A stretch of 64,000 bases of DNA from a virus. Its lineage: Duplodnaviria; Caudoviricetes. The stretch covers positions 820 to 64,819 of IMG/VR virus record IMGVR_UViG_2852783553_000005; one strand, 5' to 3'. The position numbers were made by a program, and so were the translations under genes. The notes under the pieces were generated by a model. The model was not told where the DNA came from, made no database searches, and saw only the letters and a list, made by a program, of their open reading frames with translations. Below are positions 1 to 9,765 of this stretch, one piece after another (the first letter of the stretch is position 1; each line of letters starts with the position of its first letter).

Positions 1-934
1 ACAGCGGGTCACACAGCAAACGGTTTCGAAGTGGCGGGCGCGATTCGTGAGCCATCGTGTGGACGGCCTGCTTGATGCACCACGGCCCGGCGCACCGAGG
101 ACGATTGATGACGCGCGCGTCGATGCGGTCATCGCGAAGACGCTCGAGTCCGTGCCTGTCGGAGCGACTCACTGGAGCACGCGCACGATGGCTCGCGAAA
201 TGAAATTGTCGCAGACGGCGGTCACACGAATCTGGCGTGCTTTTGGCTTGCAACCGCATCGGCAGGAGACGTTCAAGCTCTCCAGCGATCCGATGTTCGT
301 CGACAAGGTGCGGGATATCGTCGGGCTTTACCTGGACCCGCCGCTCAAGGCCATGGTGCTGTGCGTGGACGAGAAGAGCCAGATTCAGGCGCTCGATCGC
401 ACGCAACCCATGTTGCCGTTGGCACCCGGCATCCCTGAGCGACGTACCCACGATTACATGCGCCACGGTACGACCACCCTGTTCGCGGCGCTGGACATCG
501 CTACTGGTGAAGTAATCGGCGAGGTACATCGGCGCCATCGCAGCAGCGAATTTGTGCGCTTTCTGCGCACCATCGAAGCCAGCGTGCCGTCTTACCTGGA
601 GGTGCATCTGGTAATGGACAACTATGGCACGCACAAAACGCCCTCGATCAAAGCCTGGTTCGCTCGTCATCCTCGCTTCCATGTTCACTTCACACCCACC
701 TCGGCGTCGTGGCTTAACCAGGTCGAACGATGGTTTGCCGCGCTCACTGAAAAATACCTTCGACGCGGTACGCATCGGTCGACACGTCAACTCGAAGACG
801 CGATCCGTCATTATCTGGATGTCTATAACGCGAACCCCAAACCGTTTGTCTGGAGCAAGTCGGCCGATGAGATCCTGGCCAGCCTCGAACGGTTTTGTGT
901 GCGCGTCCGCAAGGCTGCGGCAGGAGCATCATGA
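1..934 (+). CDS. IS630 family transposase (N-terminus outside window)
   Basis: HTH region ([14 protein letters not shown]) and DDE motifs [28 protein letters not shown]. Confidence 0.93.
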   Translation, partial: QRVTQQTVSKWRARFVSHRVDGLLDAPRPGAPRTIDDARVDAVIAKTLESVPVGATHWSTRTMAREMKLSQTAVTRIWRAFGLQPHRQETFKLSSDPMFVDKVRDIVGLYLDPPLKAMVLCVDEKSQIQALDRTQPMLPLAPGIPERRTHDYMRHGTTTLFAALDIATGEVIGEVHRRHRSSEFVRFLRTIEASVPSYLEVHLVMDNYGTHKTPSIKAWFARHPRFHVHFTPTSASWLNQVERWFAALTEKYLRRGTHRSTRQLEDAIRHYLDVYNANPKPFVWSKSADEILASLERFCVRVRKAAAGAS

Positions 935-1173
935 ATATCAATACCGACGCAATTGATGAAGTTTCCCTCGCGCTCCTCTACCTGACCCTGCATGACCGAT
1001 ACCGTGCATGGAAGGGCTTCGACTGGGATGTGCTGAACCGGCTCCATGAACGAGGCCTCATCGAAGACCCAGTCAACAAGACGAAGTCCGTGATCTTTAC
1101 GGAAGAAGGACTGCGCGAGTCCGAGCGACTTTTTAATCAGCACTTTGTCATTCCGGAAAGAACAGAGAATTGA
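931..1173 (+). CDS. DUF6429-like small protein
   Basis: [35 protein letters not shown] signature; RBS AGGAG; ATGA overlap with the transposase stop. Confidence 0.75.
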   Translation: MNINTDAIDEVSLALLYLTLHDRYRAWKGFDWDVLNRLHERGLIEDPVNKTKSVIFTEEGLRESERLFNQHFVIPERTEN

Positions 1174-1198
1174 TTCAACGAACTTCTAACTCAGGACA

Positions 1199-1437
1199 CT
1201 AACGGCGGAACGGATCGTGGTCAAGGAAGTCGCGGGGCATCGGTTCTATGTGTGGGAGTTGCCGCCCGATCGCGCCAATGAGGCGCTGGATTGCCGCGTG
1301 TATTCGTATGGCGCGCTTTGCGGTTTGCTGCATTTCGGCTTGCGTCTGAATGCCATCACCGCGCGCGCCACGCGCCCGTATGGCGATACGGACATCACGG
1401 CACAACAGGGAGACGCGCGCGCTTGTTTCCCAGTTAG
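1199..1437 (+). pseudogene. C-terminal fragment of lambda gpA-type terminase large subunit
   Basis: ERIVVKE..WELPPDRANEALDCRVYSYGALCGLLHFGLRLN closely matches the C-terminus of the intact terminase at 43536-45644; cut by IS630 and IS5. Confidence 0.88.
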
Positions 1438-2602
1438 GGCTACGCTGAAGAAGCCGCCGTTTTCGGCGACGGTTTGCTGCTGAATTTCGGAATGCGAGAT
1501 CAGTGACGCAATTAGTTCGATTTTCTTGCCCTGAAGGGCCTTGCAAGCGGGTCTCTCGACCCACTTTGGCCCCTCATGGACGCACCTGTGCCATGAGCCG
1601 CTCGCGGCTCATGTAGATGTTGCTCAATGCCAGTGCGGTGAAGGCGCGCGTGGCGTTCTTCGCCAGGCCGCGATAGCGCACCTTGACGAAACCCCACAGC
1701 CGCTTGACGACCGCAAAGACGTGCTCGACCCGCGCACGTATCTTCGACTTGTTGCGGTTCTTCGAGCGTCTGGTGTCGTCGACCTCACCACTTCGCCTGC
1801 GCACACGCTGGTTGGTAAAGTCCTTCGCTTGCGGTGCCTTGCTGGCGATGAGTTCCTTCTGGCTCGCATACGCGCTGTCACCGTACACACGTCGCTCGGC
1901 GCCATGCAGCAGAGCCGGCAGCGGATGCTTGTCATGCACGTTCGCAGCCGTCACTACCGCGCTGTGTGCCAGTCCCGTCTGGCTATCCACGCCGATGTGC
2001 AGCTTCATGCCGAAGTACCACTGCTGGCCCTTCCTCGTCTGGTGCATTTCGGGGTCTCGCGCCTTGTCCGCGTTCTTCGTGGAACTGGGCGCACCGATGA
2101 TGGTGGCATCCACGATGGTGCCGGTGCCAACCTTCAGGCCGTGCCCTTGCAGTACCTCGCCGACCTTGGCAAACAACTGCTCGCCGAGCTTGTTGCGCTC
2201 CAGCAGCCGGCGAAACTTCAACAGCGTCGTGCCATCGGGAACGCGCTCGCGCCCCAGGTCAATCCCAACGAATCGCCGCAATGCGGTGCTGTCCAGCAGC
2301 GCTTCCTCGCAGGCTTCATCCGCCAGGTTGAACCAGTGCTGCACAAAGTGCATGCGCAGCATGCGCTCCAGACCAACTGGCGGGCGACCGCCTTGCCCCT
2401 TCGGATAGTGCGGCTCGACAACCTCGCACAACTGCGTCCACGGTACGATCTGCTCCATCGTCTCAAGGAACACATCACATTTGGTTGGCCGACGGTACTG
2501 TTCGAATCCGGCGCCTTGATCGGCCGCCATCGCAAGGGTCTGTTGTTTCATCCGCATTTAACGTCTTCCCGCCCGACGGCGTTGACCTTTTTCAGCGTAG
2601 CC
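1438..2602 (-). mobile_element. IS5-family insertion sequence (1165 bp)
   Basis: TIRs GGCTACGCTGAAGAAG (1438-1453) / CTTTTTCAGCGTAGCC (2587-2602); TTAG target duplication at 1434-1437 and 2603-2606. Confidence 0.93.
1574..2557 (-). CDS. IS5 family transposase
   Basis: VDATII, WYFGMKLHIGVD, YGDSAY, RARVEHVF..K motifs. Confidence 0.95.
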   Translation of the reverse strand: MRMKQQTLAMAADQGAGFEQYRRPTKCDVFLETMEQIVPWTQLCEVVEPHYPKGQGGRPPVGLERMLRMHFVQHWFNLADEACEEALLDSTALRRFVGIDLGRERVPDGTTLLKFRRLLERNKLGEQLFAKVGEVLQGHGLKVGTGTIVDATIIGAPSSTKNADKARDPEMHQTRKGQQWYFGMKLHIGVDSQTGLAHSAVVTAANVHDKHPLPALLHGAERRVYGDSAYASQKELIASKAPQAKDFTNQRVRRRSGEVDDTRRSKNRNKSKIRARVEHVFAVVKRLWGFVKVRYRGLAKNATRAFTALALSNIYMSRERLMAQVRP

Positions 2603-2616
2603 TTAGCATGAGGTTA

Positions 2617-3117
2617 TCAGGCTGGTTCTTCCGAGCGTGCAGACCGGTAAATTTCCAGCCATCGACTCGGAGTAACGACAATCGCACCGCAGACGGTCTC
2701 CAGTTCATCTGCGTGTGACAGGATACGCCTATCCGCTGTTATGAAATAAGCTCCGCCGTACTTGCCAGCTTCGAAGACGTGTCGTGCATCGGCTTCGTAC
2801 TTTTCCGGCCTTCCATTACCCGTCAGTATGTCGTGAACTTTCTGTCGGGTAACTCGCTCGCCGTCGGTCAGATCAGTTTCGTTTGTATAGATCATGTCTG
2901 CCGCTTCTGCCTTAACGTCTGCCGGTGTTTTTGGATGGTCAATTTCCTTCTGATTGGAATGCGCGAGAAGTAAATGAATCTCGCCGATGTTTCGCAATTC
3001 TCGTATTTCAGCCGCATAAGCATCTTCCGGCGCGTATTTCGTATCGAACGCACAAGAATCAAGAAAACTGTTTCGATACTTCGGATCGGGCGGCACATAG
3101 AACGGGCTTCGCTTCAT
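2617..3117 (-). CDS. PIN-like domain protein (moron)
   Basis: FLDS N-terminal motif, ADARHVFEA, YFITADRRIL; lower GC, opposite to the head operon. Confidence 0.6.
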   Translation of the reverse strand: MKRSPFYVPPDPKYRNSFLDSCAFDTKYAPEDAYAAEIRELRNIGEIHLLLAHSNQKEIDHPKTPADVKAEAADMIYTNETDLTDGERVTRQKVHDILTGNGRPEKYEADARHVFEAGKYGGAYFITADRRILSHADELETVCGAIVVTPSRWLEIYRSARSEEPA

Positions 3118-3150
3118 CTTCCGACCTCCACAACATAGGGAACGGTCATT

Positions 3151-3429
3151 ATGCGCCCGTGTGCCTGCTACGACCCGTCGAAAAGCATTTTCGCGGGCAT
3201 GAGTACGGCGCAGCTGGAAACGGCGCTCGCAGCGGCACAGGCGGCGTATATCCGCCTCGCGAGCGGCGCGCAGGGCGTGAGTTTTTCCTATACCCAGGGC
3301 GACGGTACGCGCAGCGTGACCTATACGGCCGCGAACCTCGCGAACCTTGTAGCGCTCATCCGGCAGCTACAGCAACAGCTAGCCATGGTCTGCCGCGGCC
3401 GCGCGCCGGTTCGCTTCCTGTACCGCTAG
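3151..3429 (+). CDS. gpW-like head-tail joining protein
   Basis: Between terminase and portal; SYTQGDGTRSVTY motif shared with 43244-43516. Confidence 0.8.
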   Translation: MRPCACYDPSKSIFAGMSTAQLETALAAAQAAYIRLASGAQGVSFSYTQGDGTRSVTYTAANLANLVALIRQLQQQLAMVCRGRAPVRFLYR

Positions 3430-3586
3430 AGCTAGGAAGCGAACTTAGTGTCGCGCGCTTGCCCGCAAGTCTCGTATCGTGTTCTCTGGCGATGTATTCA
3501 TGGCGGCTAACAGTGCGAACAAATTGGCTATGCCTTCCGTACAGGCTACACGACTCCTCGCGTAGCCTCGAACACATAGGCCGGTG

Positions 3587-4165
3587 CTAGTAGGACGCGC
3601 CTAGCGTCAGGCGACGACGTAGCACGCTGTAATCGCCCTGCGTCCCGCGGTCCGGCGGCAACTTGAAGCGATAGGCCAGCGTGCCGTTAGCCGTGGTCTT
3701 GGCAGGCTCTGGCGACGTCCTTAACGCCGTACTGAGCAAGTATGCGCCCCCAAGGAACGTAAGGAACGACAGGCCAGAAAGAAAGTACGTTACGGCTCGA
3801 ACCCATACCCGATTGAGGAATGGCTCATGCGATTCTTCGATTGGCTTACGGTTTAGCTCAAAATCGTGGAGAAAACTGAATTGACGTTCGGATTCGGTCG
3901 CATTGATCTGCCAGCGCCACACCATCAAGAAAAACGCCGAAATTATCCCTGCGACAAAGGAACGCGCGGCAAGCCCGATCACTTCGATATCCGACTTTGA
4001 AATAGCGTTAGCCGCGATTAGCGTTGCGCTTGCCGCTAACCCCGCACCGTTGAGTATAACTAGGTGTTTGATGGTCTCTCGGCCCCATTCGATCATTTCT
4101 CTAAACGATGTTTCCGCGCCTAGTTTGAGCATTTCAGTCCATAGCGCGTGCTGCCTATCCGGCAT
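3587..4165 (-). CDS. Multi-pass membrane protein (moron), start uncertain
   Basis: About 3 hydrophobic segments (LVILNGAGLAA.., FVAGIISAFFLMVW, YFLSGLSFLTFLGGAYLL); antisense between gpW and portal. Confidence 0.55.
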   Translation of the reverse strand: MPDRQHALWTEMLKLGAETSFREMIEWGRETIKHLVILNGAGLAASATLIAANAISKSDIEVIGLAARSFVAGIISAFFLMVWRWQINATESERQFSFLHDFELNRKPIEESHEPFLNRVWVRAVTYFLSGLSFLTFLGGAYLLSTALRTSPEPAKTTANGTLAYRFKLPPDRGTQGDYSVLRRRLTLGASY

Positions 4166-4281
4166 ATCGTCCGCAAAGATTCTCTTTTCGTCGCTCAAGG
4201 TCAACTCCTGATTTTCAAGGCTCTGGATTGTGCCAGAACCCGTGACGACCGATGCGCTACCGACTAGCGTTATGTCCAGCA

Positions 4282-5922
4282 ATGTCAACGGTTCAAATTC
4301 TCGACGCCAACGGGCGGCCGATCCCTGAGCGCTCGCGCGTGGTTTCGATGCTCGCGGGCTCAAGCATGGTGCCGTATGATGCGGCCGACGCGACTAACCC
4401 TGAACTAGCGCTCTGGACACCCTGGCTCGGCTCGCCTGATATCGAGCTAAACCCGTACCGCGATCGCATCGTATCGCGCGTGCGCGATCTGGTCCGCAAC
4501 GACGGCTGGGCATCGGGAGGTGTTACACGGATTCTCGATAACGCGATTGGCGCAAACTTCCGCCCTGTATCGAAACCGGATTTTCGCGCGCTCGCGTACC
4601 TGAGCGGTAATCCCGCTTTTGATTCGAGCTGGGCCGATGAATTCGGCCGCGCACTTGATGCGCGCTGGCGTGCATGGGCGAACGACGTAGGGCGCTATTG
4701 CGACGTGCAGCGCAACCCGACTATCTCGCAGATATTCCGCCTGGCATTCCGCCACAAGCTCGTGGACGGTGACGCGCTCGCCATGCTGCACTGGCTACCC
4801 GATCGTGTGGAACCGGGCCGCGCGCAGTATGCAACCGCCGTGCAACTGATCGACCCTGACCGCCTCTCTAATCCCTACATGATGTTCGATCAACAGACCA
4901 CGCGCGGCGGCGTGGAAATCGCTACGCGCGGCGCGGCCGTGGCCTACTGGATTCGCGAGGCGCATCAATCCTCCTGGTTCGAAGGGCCGAAGGTTATGGA
5001 GTGGCAACGCGTGCAGCGCGAAACCTCCTGGGGCCGCCCCGTTATCGTCCACGACTTCGAACGCGACCGCGCGGACCAGCATCGCGGCGGCGCCGGCATT
5101 TTTACGCCCGTGATTGACCGGTTAAAAATGCTCATTAAGTACAACGCGACCGAACTTGAAAGCGCCATTGTCAACGCGATCTTTTCGGCCTATATCGAAT
5201 TGCCGTTCGATCCGTCGTTCGTGGAAGATGCGCTCGGCGACTGCGTGGAACTCAAGGGCTACCAGAAATTGCGCGCCGACTTTCACGACCAGCGGCGGCT
5301 TCTGCTCGGCGGCGTGCGTGTTCCCTCGCTCTTTACCGGCGAGAAAATCAGCACCGTTAGCGCAGTTCGTCCGACCTCGAATTTTCGCGACTTCGAAGGC
5401 GCAGCGCTTCGCAATGTCGCCGCGTGCCCGGGTGTGAGCGCGCAACAGCTTTCGCAGGACTGGAGCGATGTTAATTATTCGAGCGCGCGAGCCGGATTGC
5501 TCGAAGCGTGGAAGACGCTGAACCGTCGCCGCACTGACTTTGCGAACGGCTTCGCGTATCCGGTTCGCGCCGCCTTCGTGGAAGAAGTGCTCGAAGTAGA
5601 CGATTTGCCGTTACCCAATAACGCGCCCGCGTTCATCGAGGCACGCGGCGCATACTCGCGCTGTACATGGATCGGCCCGGGCCGTGGCTGGATTGATCCG
5701 GTAGCGGAAAAACAAGGCGCGGTACTCGGCATGGATGCGGGTTTGTCTACCCTCGAAATGGAGTGCGCCGAAAATACGGGCGAAGACTGGGAAGACATTC
5801 TTGACCAACGCAAGCGCGAAGTCGATGCTTTCAGGGAACGCGGCCTGCCGCTTCCACAATGGGCGGGGCCGCTTCCCGCGAACACCGCCGCGAAATCACC
5901 CACAGCCCCGCAACCGCAGTAA
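4282..5922 (+). CDS. Phage portal protein, lambda family
   Basis: RDLVRNDGW, DWSDVNYSSARAGLLEAW, GRGWIDPVAE motifs; homologous to 41548-43236. Confidence 0.93.
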   Translation: MSTVQILDANGRPIPERSRVVSMLAGSSMVPYDAADATNPELALWTPWLGSPDIELNPYRDRIVSRVRDLVRNDGWASGGVTRILDNAIGANFRPVSKPDFRALAYLSGNPAFDSSWADEFGRALDARWRAWANDVGRYCDVQRNPTISQIFRLAFRHKLVDGDALAMLHWLPDRVEPGRAQYATAVQLIDPDRLSNPYMMFDQQTTRGGVEIATRGAAVAYWIREAHQSSWFEGPKVMEWQRVQRETSWGRPVIVHDFERDRADQHRGGAGIFTPVIDRLKMLIKYNATELESAIVNAIFSAYIELPFDPSFVEDALGDCVELKGYQKLRADFHDQRRLLLGGVRVPSLFTGEKISTVSAVRPTSNFRDFEGAALRNVAACPGVSAQQLSQDWSDVNYSSARAGLLEAWKTLNRRRTDFANGFAYPVRAAFVEEVLEVDDLPLPNNAPAFIEARGAYSRCTWIGPGRGWIDPVAEKQGAVLGMDAGLSTLEMECAENTGEDWEDILDQRKREVDAFRERGLPLPQWAGPLPANTAAKSPTAPQPQ

Positions 5923-5940
5923 CGCGCGCTCATCGCTCGC

Positions 5941-6828
5941 ACGGTTCATCCGCGCTTCGCGTTCCTCGCGCAACGGCTCTTTAATACCCCGCTCGCGATA
6001 CACCCGGCTAAAGCCGAAATGCTGCTGGCCGTGCTTGCGGAACGCCTGGGCATCGTGAGTCTGCGCGGGCTCGAAGGCGAAGCGCGCGCGGCGGGTGCCC
6101 CGATGCTTCTGGCGTCAGACGGGGATATGTCGCGGCACGTCGCACCCGTGGGTTACGACGTGCTCGCGGGCGTAGCCGTGATACCGGTCTACGGCACGCT
6201 TGTTCATCGGCTCGGCACGTCGCAGCCTGAATCGGGAATGACCGGTTACGACGGCATACGCCAGAACTTTCTAACCGCGCTCGCAGATAGCGCGGTGCGC
6301 GCAATCGTGCTTGATATCGACTCGCCGGGCGGCGAAGTCGCGGGCGCGTTCGATCTTGCCGACGCGATCCAGGCAACGCGCGGCACAAAACCTGTGTGGG
6401 CAATCCTGAGCGAAAGCGCCTATAGCGCGGCCTATGCGATCGCGAGCGCGGCCGATCGAATCACCGTGCCACGCACTGGCGGCACGGGTTCAATCGGTGT
6501 CGTATGGATGCACGTTGACTGGTCGCGCGCACTCGATAGCGCGGGCCTCGCGGTGACGTTCGTCACGTGGGGCGACCGCAAGCTGGACGGCTACCCCGAA
6601 TTACCGCTATCGCCCGAAGCGCGCGAGCGCGCCCAGGCGGATATCGACGCAACCGGCGAGCGATTCGCCGCGACGGTCGCGCGCAATCGCGGGCTATCAG
6701 TTGACGCCGTGCGCACGATGCAGGCCGGAACCTTCGGGGGCTCGCAGGGTGTTGCCGTGGGCCTCGCGGATGAAGTGCAGGCACCCGACGAAGCCTTCGC
6801 GTCATTGCTTGAATCTCTCGCACAGTAA
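5941..6828 (+). CDS. S49 (SppA/ClpP-like) prohead protease; homologous start codon reads ACG, first ATG at 6019
   Basis: DIDSPGGEV, AYSAAYAIAS, GSIGV motifs; conserved N-terminus RLFNTPLAI lies upstream of the first ATG. Confidence 0.88.
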   Translation, partial: TVHPRFAFLAQRLFNTPLAIHPAKAEMLLAVLAERLGIVSLRGLEGEARAAGAPMLLASDGDMSRHVAPVGYDVLAGVAVIPVYGTLVHRLGTSQPESGMTGYDGIRQNFLTALADSAVRAIVLDIDSPGGEVAGAFDLADAIQATRGTKPVWAILSESAYSAAYAIASAADRITVPRTGGTGSIGVVWMHVDWSRALDSAGLAVTFVTWGDRKLDGYPELPLSPEARERAQADIDATGERFAATVARNRGLSVDAVRTMQAGTFGGSQGVAVGLADEVQAPDEAFASLLESLAQ

Positions 6829-6838
6829 GGGGGACATC

Positions 6839-7468
6839 ATGGGCTTGAATCTCACTGCTTCGCGCTTCGCGCATCTGCTAGGGCCGCTTGCGCGACCGCT
6901 CGCCGCCGCGCGTGCTGACGACAAAGACGACGACAAAAAGGACGACGACGGGCGCGCCGACGATGACGACGACAAAGACCGCAAGGACGACGACAAAGAC
7001 CGCAAGGGCCGCAAATCAAAGCGCTCGAAGAAAGCCCGCGCCGAAGATGACGACGACGAAGCACGCGCCGAAGACGAAGGCAACGACGAAGCGAGCGCGG
7101 CCGACGATGACGAAGGCGACGACGACAGGAAAGACGATGCGCGCAAGGCACAGCATGCACGGCTCGCCGAGCGCGCGCGCTGCGCGCAGATTTTCCGGTG
7201 CAGCGCAGCCGGTGCCCGCCCCGATGTCGCGGCGCATCTCGCCTTCGAAACCGATATGCGCGGCCCCGATGCCGTGAACCTGCTTACCGCGATTGCATCA
7301 GGTGACGGCACGCGACTTTCGCGGGGCGATACGCTGCGTAGCCGCATGGCGGGCGTGAGTCTGCCCGCGCTCGGCAGTGACGGCGGCACGGCCGAAGATC
7401 GCGACGGGCCTCAGGCCGCCGCCTCGATGATCCTCGCCGCCGCACGTCGCGCGCGTGGCGAAGCGTAA
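6839..7468 (+). CDS. Acidic low-complexity scaffolding-like head protein
   Basis: D/E/K-rich with ERARCAQIF motif shared with 37526-38227; between protease and decoration genes. Confidence 0.65.
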   Translation: MGLNLTASRFAHLLGPLARPLAAARADDKDDDKKDDDGRADDDDDKDRKDDDKDRKGRKSKRSKKARAEDDDDEARAEDEGNDEASAADDDEGDDDRKDDARKAQHARLAERARCAQIFRCSAAGARPDVAAHLAFETDMRGPDAVNLLTAIASGDGTRLSRGDTLRSRMAGVSLPALGSDGGTAEDRDGPQAAASMILAAARRARGEA

Positions 7469-7483
7469 AGGGAGTGCCGCGAA

Positions 7484-7882
7484 ATGACTACGACCTATAG
7501 CGATAACCCGTTCATGCCGGGCATGGTGAGCGATGCCTACGTACCGGATCAACTCATAGCAGGCGATTTCAAGCTCGTCACCGAAGGGCAGGCGCAATTC
7601 CCAACCGGGCTCCAGCTCACGCGCGGAACCGTGCTGGCGCAGCAGGCAGACGGCACCTATGCCACCGCTACTTCGAGCGGTGCAGCGGCTAATGCAATCC
7701 TTGCCGATGACGTGGACACGACAGGCGGCCAGCCTGCGACGGGCGGCGTGTATTTCACGGGTGAATTCAACGCGCGCGCGCTGATTCTCGATGCGTCGCT
7801 CACGCTCGCCGCCGCAACAATCGCGCTGCGTCCGTTTTCGATTTTCGTGAAACCCAGTGTATCCGCCGCCGATCCGACGTAA
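7484..7882 (+). CDS. Head decoration protein (gpD-like)
   Basis: YVPDQLIAG, RGTVLA, ILADDVD, VYFTGEFN motifs. Confidence 0.85.
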   Translation: MTTTYSDNPFMPGMVSDAYVPDQLIAGDFKLVTEGQAQFPTGLQLTRGTVLAQQADGTYATATSSGAAANAILADDVDTTGGQPATGGVYFTGEFNARALILDASLTLAAATIALRPFSIFVKPSVSAADPT

Positions 7883-7962
7883 GCCCGTTGCGTCGCTTGC
7901 CATTCCTTTTCTAACGTAGCGCGTTTCTCCCGAAGGTACGCCGCCAAATCGCGGCCCTCGTA

Positions 7963-7997
7963 AGCCCGCCCGGTTTCGACCGGCGCGGGCTTTTTTG
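7963..7997 (+). terminator. Intrinsic terminator-like hairpin upstream of capsid gene
   Basis: AGCCCGCCCGG-TTTCGA-CCGGCGCGGGCT followed by a T-run. Confidence 0.55.
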
Positions 7998-8021
7998 TGC
8001 GCGCCGCCAGGAGTACAGCAA

Positions 8022-9059
8022 ATGAATATCTACGATACGAATGCGCTGATTCTCGTTGTGCCGAATCTCAAGCGCTCGCAAAAATTCCTCCTCGATCGCT
8101 TCTTTACGAACGTCGTAACCAGCGATACGGAACAGGTGAGTATTGACGTTGACGTTGGCAAACGGCGTATGTCGCCGTTCGTCTCGCCCCTGCTCGAAGG
8201 GCGACTCGTTGAACAGCGCCGGTATCAAACCAACATGTTCCGGCCCGCGTATATCAAGGACAAGCGCGGGCCCGATCTGCGCAAGCCGATTCGCCGCATG
8301 ATCGGCGAACGCATCGGCGGCGCATTCAGGGGCGAGGAACGCGCCGCCGCGAACATCGCGGCCGAAATGACCGATCAAATCGATCTGCTCGACCGACGCC
8401 TCGAATGGATGGCCGCGCAGGCGTTGATGACCGGAACCGTATTGATTGAGGGTGACGGCTTCCCGTCTGCACTTGTCGATTTTGGCCGCGATCCGACGCT
8501 TACCGTTGCGCTCTCGGGTTCCTCGGCGTGGGACCAGCCGAACGGCACGCCAACGCACGATATCGAAGTATGGCAACGCGCGATTCTGAAAAAGAGCGGC
8601 GCACAGGTCACAGACCTCATCTTTACGACCTCGCCGTGGGAATACTTCATTGCAGACGAACGCGTAAAAGCCGCCGTCTACTATCCGAAGCTTTCCGATT
8701 TCGGCAACGCGGTGGACCCCGGCGCGCGGATCACTACGGGCGCGGTGTACAAGGGCCGCTGGGGTCAATATTCGCTCTGGGTCTATAACGACTGGTACGT
8801 GGACGACAACGACGTGGAACAACCGATGTTGCCCGATGGGGTGGTCATCATGGCCGGTCCCGATTTGATGGGTACACGCGCATTCGGCCAGATCATTGAC
8901 CCGAAATTCAATTATCAGGCGTTGCCCTACGCGCCGAAAATGTGGATTGCGGACGATCCGCCGCAGCGCTTCCTCATGATGCAGAGCGCGCCCATTGTCA
9001 TTCCCTCGCGCGTCAATGCCGCGCTTTGTGCGACCGTATGCGCTGCCGAAGAGGACTGA
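8022..9059 (+). CDS. Major capsid protein, lambda gpE-like
   Basis: FLLDRFF, MSPFVSPL, F.PAYIK.K, RRLEWMAAQAL, MMQSAPIVIP. Confidence 0.9.
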   Translation: MNIYDTNALILVVPNLKRSQKFLLDRFFTNVVTSDTEQVSIDVDVGKRRMSPFVSPLLEGRLVEQRRYQTNMFRPAYIKDKRGPDLRKPIRRMIGERIGGAFRGEERAAANIAAEMTDQIDLLDRRLEWMAAQALMTGTVLIEGDGFPSALVDFGRDPTLTVALSGSSAWDQPNGTPTHDIEVWQRAILKKSGAQVTDLIFTTSPWEYFIADERVKAAVYYPKLSDFGNAVDPGARITTGAVYKGRWGQYSLWVYNDWYVDDNDVEQPMLPDGVVIMAGPDLMGTRAFGQIIDPKFNYQALPYAPKMWIADDPPQRFLMMQSAPIVIPSRVNAALCATVCAAEED

Positions 9060-9062
9060 GCC

Positions 9063-9383
9063 ATGAACACTCCGAACACGACTTCGAAAGCCGGTGCGGG
9101 CGCGAGCGGCGCGCAGCCTCTGGCCGCAACGCAGGATAGCGCCAAAGGCGGCGCAACCGGAACGGTAACGGTTGCACGCGGGCGCTTGATCCGCCACGAC
9201 GGCAAGACCTACACGGCGGGCCAGTCCGTCACGCTTGCGGCCGCAGACGTTGCGCGCCTTCGCGCGCGTGGCTTCATTGCGCCAGATCGTGACGCGACGC
9301 AGGCCGAAGACGAAGAGAAGGCACGCACGCAGGGGCCAACCTTCGAAAGCACGGACGGCCCTGCCGTAAAGACAAAGCGCTAA
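9063..9383 (+). CDS. Hypothetical head-associated protein
   Basis: Coupled to the capsid gene; IRHDGKTY..GQSV motif typical of post-capsid small proteins. Confidence 0.55.
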   Translation: MNTPNTTSKAGAGASGAQPLAATQDSAKGGATGTVTVARGRLIRHDGKTYTAGQSVTLAAADVARLRARGFIAPDRDATQAEDEEKARTQGPTFESTDGPAVKTKR

Positions 9384-9395
9384 CGGTTCGCCTCG

Positions 9396-9746
9396 ATGTC
9401 GCTTGCCGTTCCCGATGACTTCGACGGCCATATCCTCTCGCCCCTGTTCGATCAATTCGCCGAAGGCGTCACCTATGCGCACGCGAGCGGCGAAACGCTC
9501 GCGATTAACGGCATCTTTGATGAAGCGTATCGCGAACTGATCCCGCAAGGCGACGTGCTCGCGTACACGACCGAACGCCCCATGTGTGGGGTGCGGCTCG
9601 TTGAATTCGGCGACTCGCCGCCGCAACAGGGCGACGCGCTCACAGTGGATCGAACGGGCAACGCGTACGAAGTGCAGGAAGTGAGACTCGATGGGCACGG
9701 CGCGGCAAAGCTCATGCTTAACTGGATCGACGCCGCCGCGTTGTAG
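9396..9746 (+). CDS. Head-tail joining protein
   Basis: GIFDEAY, QGDAL, YEVQEVRLDGHG; homologous to 35181-35516. Confidence 0.75.
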   Translation: MSLAVPDDFDGHILSPLFDQFAEGVTYAHASGETLAINGIFDEAYRELIPQGDVLAYTTERPMCGVRLVEFGDSPPQQGDALTVDRTGNAYEVQEVRLDGHGAAKLMLNWIDAAAL

Positions 9747-9765
9747 CCGCTTTGTACCGCTCGCC

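Larger units (their letters stand above)
1..1201 (+). mobile_element. IS630-family element (5' end outside window) with DUF6429 passenger, inserted at a TA in a terminase gene
   Basis: IS630 transposase ORF; IS630-like right end CGAACTTCTAACTCAGGACACTA at 1179-1201; terminase frame (L-T-A-E-R-I-V-V-K) resumes right after the TA. Confidence 0.8.

Noticed and set aside
6915-7140. GACGAC-rich tandem repeats (also ~37900-38130)
   Set aside because: Explained by Asp/Glu/Lys-rich coding sequence of the scaffold-like proteins
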